A stretch of DNA of 64,000 nucleotides from Candidatus Poribacteria bacterium. Its GTDB lineage: Bacteria; Poribacteria; WGA-4E; WGA-3G. The notes beneath the pieces were generated by a model. That model was not told the origin of the DNA and made no database searches. It worked only from the letters and a program-made list of their open reading frames with translations. This document shows, in pieces, positions 33,202 through 42,441 of the stretch (positions are counted from its first letter, which is position 1; each line of letters begins with the position of its first letter). The stretch covers positions 2,156,836 to 2,220,835 of the forward strand of contig CBDBFT010000001.1 in the NCBI GenBank assembly GCA_965205065.1, read 5' to 3'. A program made the position numbers and the translations under genes.

Positions 33202-34368
33202 TTATGCTTCCGCTTCCTGTTCTCGTCGTTGCCATAGATATACGATTGGACTGGCGATAAACACTGAGGAATATGTTCCGATTAGCACACCAACGATGAG
33301 TGCTAAAGCGAATGTGTTGATTTCCTCACCCGAGCTGGAAAGTACAAAAATCACAGCAACAACAAACAACGTCGTCAGGGATGTAATCACAGTGCGACTT
33401 AGCGATTGATTGATGCTACGGTTTAGTACTTCTACATATTCTGTGCCGCGTAAAGAGATGCCGTTTTCTCTGATTCGGTCAAATACAACGATTGTGTCAT
33501 TGAGCGAGTATCCGATAATCGTGAGGAACGCTGCGACGGTAGGCAGATTAATCTCTTTTGATAACACAGCAAACAGACCTAACGTGATCAGAACATCGTG
33601 AACGAGTGCTGCGATTGCGCCGATGGCAAAACGGAACTCAAACCGCCAAGAAATATAAATCAGCAGAATAGCGATAGATGAGAGAACAGACCAAAGGGCT
33701 GACCACTTAAGGTCGCGTCCTACACTGGGTCCGACTTCAGTAACATTTACACTATCAGAAACAGCATGCCAATCATCTCCACCTTCCAAGAGTGCTTCTG
33801 TAAGTATTCCACCGATACTTGCCTGTAATTGGACAATAGCATTCTCCGTTAGGTCTATGCCAAATTCATTTAGAAAGACAAGTTGAATTGCGGTACCATC
33901 AGCGAAGGTTTCTACTTGCTCAATTTCGTTACGTCGTTGTAAATTGCCGTCAATTAATTCAACTGTTGTACCGGGTTTCAGTAGATGTGCTTTCTCTATT
34001 GAACTGCTCAATTGAAGACTTTTTGCAGTCGCGTCACCGGGGTCTCCCATGACGGGTATATCATAAGTCTGTTTCTGAAATTCAGGACGATGTCCCATTG
34101 AGATGAAGGCTTTATTTTCGTTAGGTTCAAGTTGTATCTTTACGTCTTCGTATCCTAATTCGGCTAACTTCGTTTGCAATTCTACTGCTGTTACCGATTT
34201 ATCAAATTTCGCTTCTATTTTCACGCCTCCGCGAAAATCGATGCCAAAATTGGGTCCCCCGTGAGCGACAAGGAATACGATACCGATAAGGATAATACAA
34301 GCAGAGAACAAAAACCCTGCACGATGTTTACTGATAAAATCAAACTTAGTATCTCTTAAAAATTCCAA
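33202..34368 (-). CDS. secF: Protein translocase subunit SecF, with an extended periplasmic insert.
   Basis: PNFGIDFRGG and IIGYSLNDTIVVFDRIREN SecF motifs. Confidence 0.85.
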   Translation of the reverse strand: MEFLRDTKFDFISKHRAGFLFSACIILIGIVFLVAHGGPNFGIDFRGGVKIEAKFDKSVTAVELQTKLAELGYEDVKIQLEPNENKAFISMGHRPEFQKQTYDIPVMGDPGDATAKSLQLSSSIEKAHLLKPGTTVELIDGNLQRRNEIEQVETFADGTAIQLVFLNEFGIDLTENAIVQLQASIGGILTEALLEGGDDWHAVSDSVNVTEVGPSVGRDLKWSALWSVLSSIAILLIYISWRFEFRFAIGAIAALVHDVLITLGLFAVLSKEINLPTVAAFLTIIGYSLNDTIVVFDRIRENGISLRGTEYVEVLNRSINQSLSRTVITSLTTLFVVAVIFVLSSSGEEINTFALALIVGVLIGTYSSVFIASPIVYLWQRREQEAEA

Positions 34369-34424
34369 TTTTTTATCCTTTCCAATTGTGCTTTGGCTAC
34401 ACGGACGGGAAAACTCCGCCCATA

Positions 34425-36377
34425 CTAAATACTTAATTTCTGCACGTCACGATTACCGATGACTAAACCGTATATCTCACGGGTGACGACAATTGCCGTG
34501 AACATACTTGCCAGAATACCGATACCAAGTGTGACCGCAAACCCCCTAATTGGACCGGTACCAAAATGATATAAGACGAGAGCAGTAAAGAAAGTTGTAA
34601 GATTAGCATCCAAAATTGTTATAAATGCGCGTTGATAACCGCTCGTAATCGCAGCCCAAACAGCCTTACCTGACCGTAACTCCTCCCGTATCCGTTCAAA
34701 GATGAGCACATTTGCGTCAACAGCCATGCCGATGGTAAGCACAAGTCCAGCGATACCTGGAAGTGTTAATGCCGCGCCAAAACCTGCCAAAGCACTTATG
34801 ATGATGACCATATTAAAGATAAGGGCAATAATCGCGATGATGCCTGACAACCTATAGTAAATTATCATAAAGACCAGGATAAATGCCATGCCAATCACAG
34901 CTGCTTTTATACCGTTATCAATAGACTCTTGACCGAGGGTGGGACCGACAGTCCGTTCTTCTCCGACTTGAACGCCAACAGGAAAAGCACCTGCATTCAA
35001 GATATTTGAAAGATAGTTTGCTTCCTCACTTGTAAAATTTCCCTCAATCTGAGCATGTCTTCTAAGCTGATCTCTGATGACTGGAGCAGACTGTACCTTA
35101 TCATCAAGAAGAATTGCCAAGTGTTCTCCGATATGGTCACCAGTGACTTTTGCGAATTTGCTGCTACCTTGACTATCCAATGTCATAGAAACCACGATGT
35201 TAAAGTTGGGTCCAGTCTGAGGTCTTGAATCCTCAATGTTGTGTCCTGTTAAGAGTACCGGACTTTCCAAGACATACCAGGCACCGGTTTCGTGATGATA
35301 ACGAATTTCTTCGTTATCTCCCAGTTCTTCTTCTGAAGGTGGAGGCGTATTTGCTGAACCGGTCCACAGGCTGCCACCTGTTGGTGATTTCTTTGCCATT
35401 TTAAATTCTAAGCGTCCCATAGTCTGGACAATACGGAGCGGTTCTGATGAGTCTTTTGCACCCGGCAACTCTATGATTATTCTTGGACGATTCGCCTCCT
35501 GGCGAATAGAAGGTTCTGCAACACCGAAAGCATCCACTCTATTACGCAACACGATCAACACCTGTTGAATTGCCTCATCGCTGTACTCTTGCATGCCTTT
35601 TTCAGTTAGACTGAGACGGTACATTGATGCTGAATCTGTTTCCGTAACGACCTCTGCATCCTCAAAAAAGTCTACATTGTTCAAAAGTTCAACTGCTTTT
35701 TTCAGATATGTTTCCTTTTCATCCTTTTCAGATTTCAAACGGGAAGGGATTTCAACAAGAACGTCAAGTGCATCTTCACCACTCACCATTTCGGCTTGTC
35801 GGCATATAATCTGTTCAGCTTTAAGCGTTTCGGGAATAGCATAAGCATTATCTCTTAGCAATGCTGCCTTTGATTTTTCTAAATCAACTTCAAGCACAAG
35901 GTGAACGCCACCTTTCAAATCTAATCCTAATTTCAGTCGGTTTGCGGGTAGAAGTCTCCTTAACGTCGTCGGGATACTCCCGTATAGATGCAAATTCTCA
36001 AGTGTTTCAGTCGGGTTTTCTTTTGCTTTATCAGATATGAGTCGGACGAAAAATTCTTTTTCTTCAGTACTGTCAAACTCATAGTCGACATTTTCTTCAA
36101 ATTCCATGTTCTTTAAATGGACATTGAAGACGTCTTGCAGTTCATCGATTGCTTCTTGTAAGTTTTTACCTTCAGGGTAGTCGACGTCTGCTAAGTTTAC
36201 CTTAAAAGCGTTATCCTCTGTGAATTCAAAAGGAGGAAGGTCTTCTTGGATCCACAGCGGTAGGTTACCGTACAGGGGTAGGTATAAACTATCCGGTGTA
36301 GGCATAAGGTACAAAAGCGATAATAGCAAAACGCCGATGATTAAAACAATTTTCCAGATATTGAATCTGTACATCAA
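34425..36377 (-). CDS. secD: Protein translocase subunit SecD.
   Basis: LTLPGIAGLVLTIGMAVDANVLIFERIREE. 650 aa. Adjacent to secF. Confidence 0.9.
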   Translation of the reverse strand: MMYRFNIWKIVLIIGVLLLSLLYLMPTPDSLYLPLYGNLPLWIQEDLPPFEFTEDNAFKVNLADVDYPEGKNLQEAIDELQDVFNVHLKNMEFEENVDYEFDSTEEKEFFVRLISDKAKENPTETLENLHLYGSIPTTLRRLLPANRLKLGLDLKGGVHLVLEVDLEKSKAALLRDNAYAIPETLKAEQIICRQAEMVSGEDALDVLVEIPSRLKSEKDEKETYLKKAVELLNNVDFFEDAEVVTETDSASMYRLSLTEKGMQEYSDEAIQQVLIVLRNRVDAFGVAEPSIRQEANRPRIIIELPGAKDSSEPLRIVQTMGRLEFKMAKKSPTGGSLWTGSANTPPPSEEELGDNEEIRYHHETGAWYVLESPVLLTGHNIEDSRPQTGPNFNIVVSMTLDSQGSSKFAKVTGDHIGEHLAILLDDKVQSAPVIRDQLRRHAQIEGNFTSEEANYLSNILNAGAFPVGVQVGEERTVGPTLGQESIDNGIKAAVIGMAFILVFMIIYYRLSGIIAIIALIFNMVIIISALAGFGAALTLPGIAGLVLTIGMAVDANVLIFERIREELRSGKAVWAAITSGYQRAFITILDANLTTFFTALVLYHFGTGPIRGFAVTLGIGILASMFTAIVVTREIYGLVIGNRDVQKLSI

Positions 36378-36536
36378 ATGCTCCTATTTTCTAAACTATA
36401 GTAGATTTTAGATTTACTTGGACACTCTCCATCGGTTCGGTTAGGAAACCGAACTTACTGTGAAGCGGAAGCGTATATTTATTTCTATGTTTCATTATAT
36501 ATTTCAGATGCAGAATTAGGCATATTACATAATGGA

Positions 36537-36609
36537 TGCGCCTGGGAGGAATCGAACCCCCGACACGAGGCTTAGGAAGCCCCTGCTCTATCCGCTGAGC
36601 TACAGGCGC
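36537..36609 (-). tRNA. tRNA-Arg(CCU).
   Basis: Reverse-complement fold: acceptor GCGCCTG/CAGGCGC, D-arm TAGCTCAGCGGATAGAGCA, anticodon loop TTCCTAA (anticodon CCT), T-arm GGGGGTTCGATTCCTCC. No encoded CCA. The ORF 36391..36612 is an artefact. Confidence 0.85.
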
Positions 36610-36693
36610 CAATCCGTTAGAACTCCATAATTTTAAGTTTCAATCTGTCCCCTTCTGTTAATGGCGCAGTTCGGAATTGAACCATATTTTCAG

Positions 36694-37218
36694 TTAAATT
36701 TCAACCAGAGAAAAGATCGGTTGATTCGGTACTTTTCTACGTCCCTCAAATTTCGTAAGTTCTAACAATAGCGCAATACCTACAACGTTCCCGCTAAGTT
36801 TTTTAACAAGTTCAATGGATGCTGCAAGTGTGCCACCCGTAGCTAAGACATCATCGCAAATCAGAACGCGACTTCCGTCTGGAAAAGCGTCCTGGTGGAT
36901 AGCGAGTGTGTCAACACCGTATTCCAGATCGTAGGTCACCTCGTAACAGTCATAAGGTAACTTGCCACTCTTACGAATAGGAACAAACCCGATTCCCAGA
37001 CGATGTGCAAGAGCAGCACCGAGAATAAAACCACGAGCGTCAATCCCTACAACTACGTCTATCATCTCAGATTTGAAACGGTTTACGAATATATCAATTG
37101 CAGCATTAAAGGCTGACCCATTACTTAACAGCGGTGTAATATCTTTAAAGGATACGCCGGGTTTGGGAAAATTAGGTATATCTCGTATAAACTTTGTAAA
37201 GTCGCTCATAGATGTCAA
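36694..37218 (-). CDS. apt: Adenine phosphoribosyltransferase.
   Basis: VVGIDARGFILGAALA PRPP-binding region. 174 aa. Confidence 0.85.
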   Translation of the reverse strand: MTSMSDFTKFIRDIPNFPKPGVSFKDITPLLSNGSAFNAAIDIFVNRFKSEMIDVVVGIDARGFILGAALAHRLGIGFVPIRKSGKLPYDCYEVTYDLEYGVDTLAIHQDAFPDGSRVLICDDVLATGGTLAASIELVKKLSGNVVGIALLLELTKFEGRRKVPNQPIFSLVEI

Positions 37219-37259
37219 TCAGTTTTTATATGGTATTTATACTGCGCCATTTTCCGTTC

Positions 37260-38312
37260 TTAGGTTGATGCAGCGTGAGGATGCATCATAATCTTCATGC
37301 CCTGTCGGGACTCCATTACTTCAAATGCCTTTTCTATCTCAACAAGTGGGAAGTGGTGTGTGATAAGCGGTTCTACGCGAACTAAACCTCTTTCAAGAAG
37401 ACGAACTGCCAATTCATGATGACGCGGAACACATCCATGGGAACCGGTTACAAAACACTCTTTATAGTGAATTGTATTGGAAAGCACTTGCATTGGACGC
37501 ATCGTCTTTGGTAGTCCTCCGAATAGGTTTACATAGCCGCGGTGTGCTACCATATCAACACCTTGCTCGTGTGCTTCAACGGAACCACAAGTCGTTACGA
37601 CTATATCCGGACCTTCACCATCCGTTTCTTCAAGACAACGTTCAACGACATCCTCCTCTTCAGAAGCGATATAAATATCTGCTTCGTAGAACTTAGCTAT
37701 CTCCATCCGAAGTTTGCTTCTTTGTATACCGATAACCTTTGTCGCTCCCATCACTCGCGCGAGGTCGATCATCATACATCCAATCGGTCCCAATCCGATA
37801 ATGGCAACGGACTTTCCAAGCGACATATTGACGAGTTCAAGTCCGTTAATAGCACAAGCGAGCGGTTCAGCAAGCGCAGCATCATCAAAACTCAGACCTG
37901 TACCAAAGGTTGTGACGGGACCTTCCTCTAAAACAAGACGCGGGAGTTTCATATACTGTGCAAAAGCACCCGGAATTTGGTAACCGATGGCGTAATTGAT
38001 ATGGCAATTATTACCGAGACCGTTTCTGCACCAATGGCACTGACCACACGGCACATCCGCACCGATGGATACGCGATCTCCCTCCTTAACACGCGTTACA
38101 TCCTTGCCGACTTTGACAATTACACCTGAATTTTCATGTCCGATAATGGTGGGAGGTTCAACACGAGGATTGCCGTGGTGAAAGATGCGGACATCTGACC
38201 CGCATATACTGACAGATTCTACTCGCATCAATGCAGATTCGTTATCTATTTCGGGTTCTGGAACATCCCGAACATCAAACTTTTCAAGGCTTTCAAGTAT
38301 AGCCGCTTTCAT
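37260..38312 (-). CDS. Zn-dependent medium-chain dehydrogenase (threonine/sorbitol dehydrogenase-like).
   Basis: CGSD, GHENSGVI, CGQCHWC zinc motifs and a GLGPIGC Rossmann motif. Confidence 0.8.
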   Translation of the reverse strand: MKAAILESLEKFDVRDVPEPEIDNESALMRVESVSICGSDVRIFHHGNPRVEPPTIIGHENSGVIVKVGKDVTRVKEGDRVSIGADVPCGQCHWCRNGLGNNCHINYAIGYQIPGAFAQYMKLPRLVLEEGPVTTFGTGLSFDDAALAEPLACAINGLELVNMSLGKSVAIIGLGPIGCMMIDLARVMGATKVIGIQRSKLRMEIAKFYEADIYIASEEEDVVERCLEETDGEGPDIVVTTCGSVEAHEQGVDMVAHRGYVNLFGGLPKTMRPMQVLSNTIHYKECFVTGSHGCVPRHHELAVRLLERGLVRVEPLITHHFPLVEIEKAFEVMESRQGMKIMMHPHAAST

Positions 38313-38336
38313 ATTTTTCCTTGTTGTTTGTAAGGT

Positions 38337-39410
38337 TTACGATGGATGTATAAGCACTTTTGCGTAAAACTCGCTTCTATTTTTCATCAGGTGTAGTATG
38401 TTCATGCTATCTTTTAGCGAAACTGTGTGTGTTATCAACGGATACAGGTCTAACTTATGCGTTGCCATTGCCTGTAAAACTGTGCGCCAATCGTCGTTAT
38501 TTCCGGATGTGCTGTAATCAGAATTCCACGTTCCGAACACTTTCGCTTCTCTCCGCATCAACTGTGAAATAAGCGGTGCAGGTAATGTTACATCTGCAGC
38601 GGGATTGCCGAGTAGAACGACACTGCCTCCACGTCCAACATTTCTGAAGACGTTGCGATATGTTTCTGGTACACCTGCAGCTTCAATACAGACATGCGCG
38701 CCTTTTCCTTCAGTATAGTCGTTCACGACGTTAACTGCGTCTGCTTCTGTGCTGTTAAAGACATTTTCAAATCCGACACGTCGTGCAAGTTCAAGTTTTT
38801 CTGGAACAACATCAAACAGAAGCACCTGTGCTGATCCCATGATTTTTGCCCACTGTGCGACCATTAACCCTATCGGTCCGGTTCCAAAAATAGCAACCGT
38901 TTTGCCGACAAGTGGCTCTTGAACCCTCCGAATTGCATGGAGTGCCACTGCAGCGGGTTCGGTCTGTGCTGCTTCTTCTAATGAGACACCATTTGGCACT
39001 CGGAGTATGTTCTCTTTCGGTGCGACAACATACTCTGCAAATGCCCCGTTACTTCGTGATCCGAGGTAATCGTAGTCGCTGCATTGTGCGTATCTTCCAC
39101 TCTCACATGCAGTGCATTTACCACACCATAAAAGTGGAAAAACAACGACCTTTTCACCTACCGCAATACTATCAACTTCTGAACCGCAAGCGTCAACAGT
39201 TCCAGCGAATTCGTGTCCACAGACTGTTGGGAATCTGTATGTTCCTTTTGAGAAAATCCGTGGGATATCTGAGCCGCATACACCACAGAAACCGATTCTG
39301 ACACGGACTTGTCCATCAGAGACAGTCGGAATAGGTATCTGTTCTAATCGCAAATCTCCAACCGCGTGCAGGACAAGTGCCTCCATCAACGGGTTGCTCA
39401 TCATCCACAT
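38337..39410 (-). CDS. Zn-dependent medium-chain dehydrogenase, second paralog.
   Basis: CGVCGSDIP, GHEFAGTV, CGKCTACESG and GTGPIG motifs. Confidence 0.8.
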   Translation of the reverse strand: MWMMSNPLMEALVLHAVGDLRLEQIPIPTVSDGQVRVRIGFCGVCGSDIPRIFSKGTYRFPTVCGHEFAGTVDACGSEVDSIAVGEKVVVFPLLWCGKCTACESGRYAQCSDYDYLGSRSNGAFAEYVVAPKENILRVPNGVSLEEAAQTEPAAVALHAIRRVQEPLVGKTVAIFGTGPIGLMVAQWAKIMGSAQVLLFDVVPEKLELARRVGFENVFNSTEADAVNVVNDYTEGKGAHVCIEAAGVPETYRNVFRNVGRGGSVVLLGNPAADVTLPAPLISQLMRREAKVFGTWNSDYSTSGNNDDWRTVLQAMATHKLDLYPLITHTVSLKDSMNILHLMKNRSEFYAKVLIHPS

Positions 39411-40192
39411 CTCTCTTTAAGACCCTGTGCGATTGCCTGACGGATCTGTTGGATATTCTCTCTTCGGGACCCGGATGTATGAAATACACTGCTGCTGCCG
39501 CCGACCAAAATATCTGCCCCTGCTGCTACCATTTTAGGGATATTTTTGAAACTGACATTTCCATCAACTTCTATCGGTAGTTCAGCACCGTTTTTATCCA
39601 AAAAAGTGCGACATTCCTCTATTTTTCGCAAAGTCGCCGGTACTAATTTCTGTCCAGCAAATCCTGGGTTGACCGTCATAATAAGCACGAAGTCCAACTT
39701 ATCAACAACATACGTTAATGCGGAAAGCGGCGTTGCTGGATTCAAAGCAACACCCGATTTTATACCGTGCCCCTGAATAAGAGATAAAGTCCTATCCAAA
39801 TGGATAGCAGATTCAGCATGGATTGCGATCTGTTGGACACCGATGTTGGCAACTGCTTCCACAAAGAAATCGTTATTGTTTACCATCAAGTGAATGTCAA
39901 AAGCGCAGTCTGTTTTTTGACGTAGTTGTTCAATGAGTGCCAACCCAATCGGCATGTTTGGAACGAAGTGTGCGTCCATCAAGTCAAAATGAAGCAGGTT
40001 TATTCCCGCTTTTTCTAACTCACGTAAATCTTCTTCCAGGTTACAGAGATCAGCACACATCACTGAAGGTGCTATGCTGATATTTTTATCTGCGGGACTA
40101 AGGCTTTGACTCTCATGAGTCGGCAAGATATTACTCCAATCAAATACGGGTTTCTCAAATATTATTATAACATTAATTGAGTAAATTGTCAA
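39401..40192 (-). CDS. rpe: Ribulose-phosphate 3-epimerase family protein, with an N-terminal extension.
   Basis: IAPSVMCADLCNL...HFDLMDAHFVPN matches the Rpe core (IAPSILSADF...DVMDGHFVPN). Confidence 0.7.
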   Translation of the reverse strand: MTIYSINVIIIFEKPVFDWSNILPTHESQSLSPADKNISIAPSVMCADLCNLEEDLRELEKAGINLLHFDLMDAHFVPNMPIGLALIEQLRQKTDCAFDIHLMVNNNDFFVEAVANIGVQQIAIHAESAIHLDRTLSLIQGHGIKSGVALNPATPLSALTYVVDKLDFVLIMTVNPGFAGQKLVPATLRKIEECRTFLDKNGAELPIEVDGNVSFKNIPKMVAAGADILVGGSSSVFHTSGSRRENIQQIRQAIAQGLKERCG

Positions 40193-40195
40193 ATA

Positions 40196-40800
40196 ATGGT
40201 TAGATTAGATGGAATGGGAAGGTTGGAAGAGGGGAAGGATGGAAGAGGGGAAGGATGGAAGAGGGGAAGGATGGAAGAGGGGAAGGATGGAAGAGGGGAA
40301 GGTTGGAAGAGGGGAAGGTTGGAAGAGGGGAAGGTTGGAAGAGGGGAAGGTTGGAAGAGGGGAAGGATGGAAGATGGGAAGGATGGAAGATGGGAAGGAT
40401 GGAAGATGGGAAGGTTGGAAGAGGGGAAGGATGGAAGAGGGGAAGGATGGAAGATGGGAAGGATGGAAGAGGGGAAGGTTGGAAGAGGGGAAGGATGGAA
40501 GAGGGGAAGGTTGGAAGAGGGGAAGGATGGAAGAGGGGAAGGATGGAAGATGGGAAGGATGGAAGATGGGAAGGTTGGAAGAGGGGAAGGATGGAAGAGG
40601 GGAAGGATGGAAGATGGGAAGGATGGAAGAGGGGAAGGTTGGAAGAGGGGAAGGATGGAAGAGGGGAAGGATGGAAGATGGGAAGGATGGAAGATGGGAA
40701 GGATGGAAGAGGGGAAGGTTGGAAGAGGGGAAGGATGGAAGATGGGAAGGATGGAAGAGGGGAAGGATGGAAGAGGGGAAGGGGTTGTTGTATAAAGCAG
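40196..40800. repeat. About 600-bp GGAAGG(A/T)TGGAAGAGGG minisatellite, the largest copy.
   Basis: Direct reading. All overlapping ORFs (40189..40809 and others) are artefacts. Followed by the AGCACAATCAAGGATGAATGTGCT hairpin and a GTGTAAAGTTTTTGTC motif. Confidence 0.9.
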
Positions 40801-41003
40801 CACAATCAAGGATGAATGTGCTACGGCAGTATCAAAATGGTTGAGGTAGGGTGAACGATAATGAAGGATGGGTGTGTAAAGTTTTTGTCACTATAAGTGT
40901 CAATTTTGGGATCTCATAAGCTCTTAATAGTAGTAGGCACTCTCCGAGTGCCGTTGTCCGAAACATTTTACTGCAAAAGCTCTTAATAGTAGTAGGCACT
41001 CTC

Positions 41004-41118
41004 ATGAAGTTTAAATAATTAAACGGGTAATTTCTTGTTTGCATAATGCAGGCACACCATTCTGCTGGCGAGGTTTCCTAACCTCGCCAAATTACCCAAA
41101 TATTTTCTTTAACTTCAT
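41004..41118. mobile_element. MITE-like element, family B. 115 bp, TIRs ATGAAGTTTAAAT.../...AACTTCAT, internal hairpin GGCGAGGTTTCCTAACCTCGCC. Inserted in a palindromic REP-like unit.
   Basis: Flanks GGCACTCTC | element | CCGAGTGCC reconstitute the palindrome GGCACTCTCCGAGTGCC that is seen intact at about 40935. A second copy is at 53241-53355. Confidence 0.65.
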
Positions 41119-41216
41119 CCGAGTGCCGTTGTCCGAAACATTTTACTGCAAAATCAATATGTTTTTTGGTATACTTGAGATATAATACCATTTCTACAGT
41201 AAATTAGGAGAAAAAC

Positions 41217-42224
41217 ATGAACAAACCACCAGAAGCGTTCATCAGCGTTGATGAAGAACGACTTCTCAGCTTCAGCACTGCTTGTTTTGAAAAAGCAGGT
41301 ATCACACACGAACATGCCGCACTTATCAGCAGATTGCTTGTAAACTCCGATCTACGCGGAGTCCGAAGCCACGGGACACGAACACTCAGCGGATACTGCG
41401 GCGGATTCGAAAACGGCAGCCTCAACCCCAATCCAAACATCCACGTTATGCATGAAACACCGACTGCAGTCGTGCTAAATGGAGATGGAACACTCGGATA
41501 TCTTCCGATGGTGCGTGCCACAGAACATGCAATCGCTAAAGCGAAAGAGGTCGGTATCGGTATGGGACTCGTCCGTTATATCGGACACTACGGCTCCGCA
41601 GGACATTATGCCCGTCTATGTAACGCAGCAGGCTGCATCGGTTTTTCCGTGCAAGGTTACCAGAACCATGGAAATGCCGGCGGGCAGGATCCAAAACCGC
41701 AACTCGGTTACTACGGTAACCCGCCTATCTGTTTTGCGATTCCGTCTGCCGATGAACCACCGGTCATACTTGATGCAGCAACATGCATTATGGCAGATTA
41801 CCAACGCGGTCCTGAATATGATGAACTGCTCTCCTTTATCCCCGCAGCATTCTTCAAGAGTATCGGTTATACCGCAGTCGCCTGTCTACTCGGTGGGGCA
41901 TTAACCGGTTTCACTGAACCCGCACCCGAAGATACAGCAAAATGGGGTGGTGCAAAACGCCACGGCGGAATGGTACTCGCTATACATATTGAATCGGTTG
42001 TGCCACCCGAACTTTTCCACGCTGAGGTTGACCGAATGGTACGGGACATCCGAGAAACATATCAACCCTTGCCAGGTACAGATGAAGCACTCCTACCCGG
42101 TGCAATTGAAGAAGAACGAACTGCGCTGCATCGTCGCGAAGGTATACGATACGGGGAAATGGAGCAAGCCTCCGCACGTGCAGTAAGTGAAAGGCTCAAC
42201 GTGCCGCTACCGTGGGATGAATAG
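41217..42224 (+). CDS. Ldh_2 family (malate/L-lactate/sulfolactate dehydrogenase-like) oxidoreductase.
   Basis: DLRGVRSHG motif and overall Ldh_2 layout. 335 aa. Confidence 0.65.
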   Translation: MNKPPEAFISVDEERLLSFSTACFEKAGITHEHAALISRLLVNSDLRGVRSHGTRTLSGYCGGFENGSLNPNPNIHVMHETPTAVVLNGDGTLGYLPMVRATEHAIAKAKEVGIGMGLVRYIGHYGSAGHYARLCNAAGCIGFSVQGYQNHGNAGGQDPKPQLGYYGNPPICFAIPSADEPPVILDAATCIMADYQRGPEYDELLSFIPAAFFKSIGYTAVACLLGGALTGFTEPAPEDTAKWGGAKRHGGMVLAIHIESVVPPELFHAEVDRMVRDIRETYQPLPGTDEALLPGAIEEERTALHRREGIRYGEMEQASARAVSERLNVPLPWDE

Positions 42225-42229
42225 GTTTA

Positions 42230-42393
42230 AAGGTAGTAATACGCGGGCGGGGAAACCCCGCCCCTACGAAACATTACAGGATTACAGGATTTTAGCAGGA
42301 TAAGACAGCGGGCGGGGAAACCCCGCCCCTACGAAACATTACTCCTACGATGAGGCATATCAGTAGAATTACCTGATTATTTATCTAATCTTC
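42230..42393. mobile_element. Rearranged family-A MITE-like copy with a duplicated GC hairpin.
   Basis: Two GCGGGCGGGGAAACCCCGCCCCTACGAAAC cores, then the shared 3' half ending CTAATCTTCAT. The left TIR is missing. Confidence 0.55.
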
Positions 42394-42441
42394 ATCCGAG
42401 TGCCGTTGACTTAAAGGTAGTAGGCACACTCCGTGTGCCGT

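Noticed and set aside
36428-36450. Hairpin GTTCGGTTAGGAAACCGAAC considered as a terminator for the tRNA or secD.
   Set aside because: No adjacent U-run on the relevant strand, and the position is upstream of the secD start. Function unsupported.
36391-36612. 73-aa ORF (MAPVAQRIEQGLPKPRVGGSIPP...).
   Set aside because: It overlaps tRNA-Arg(CCU) on the same strand. It is a classic tRNA-derived spurious ORF.
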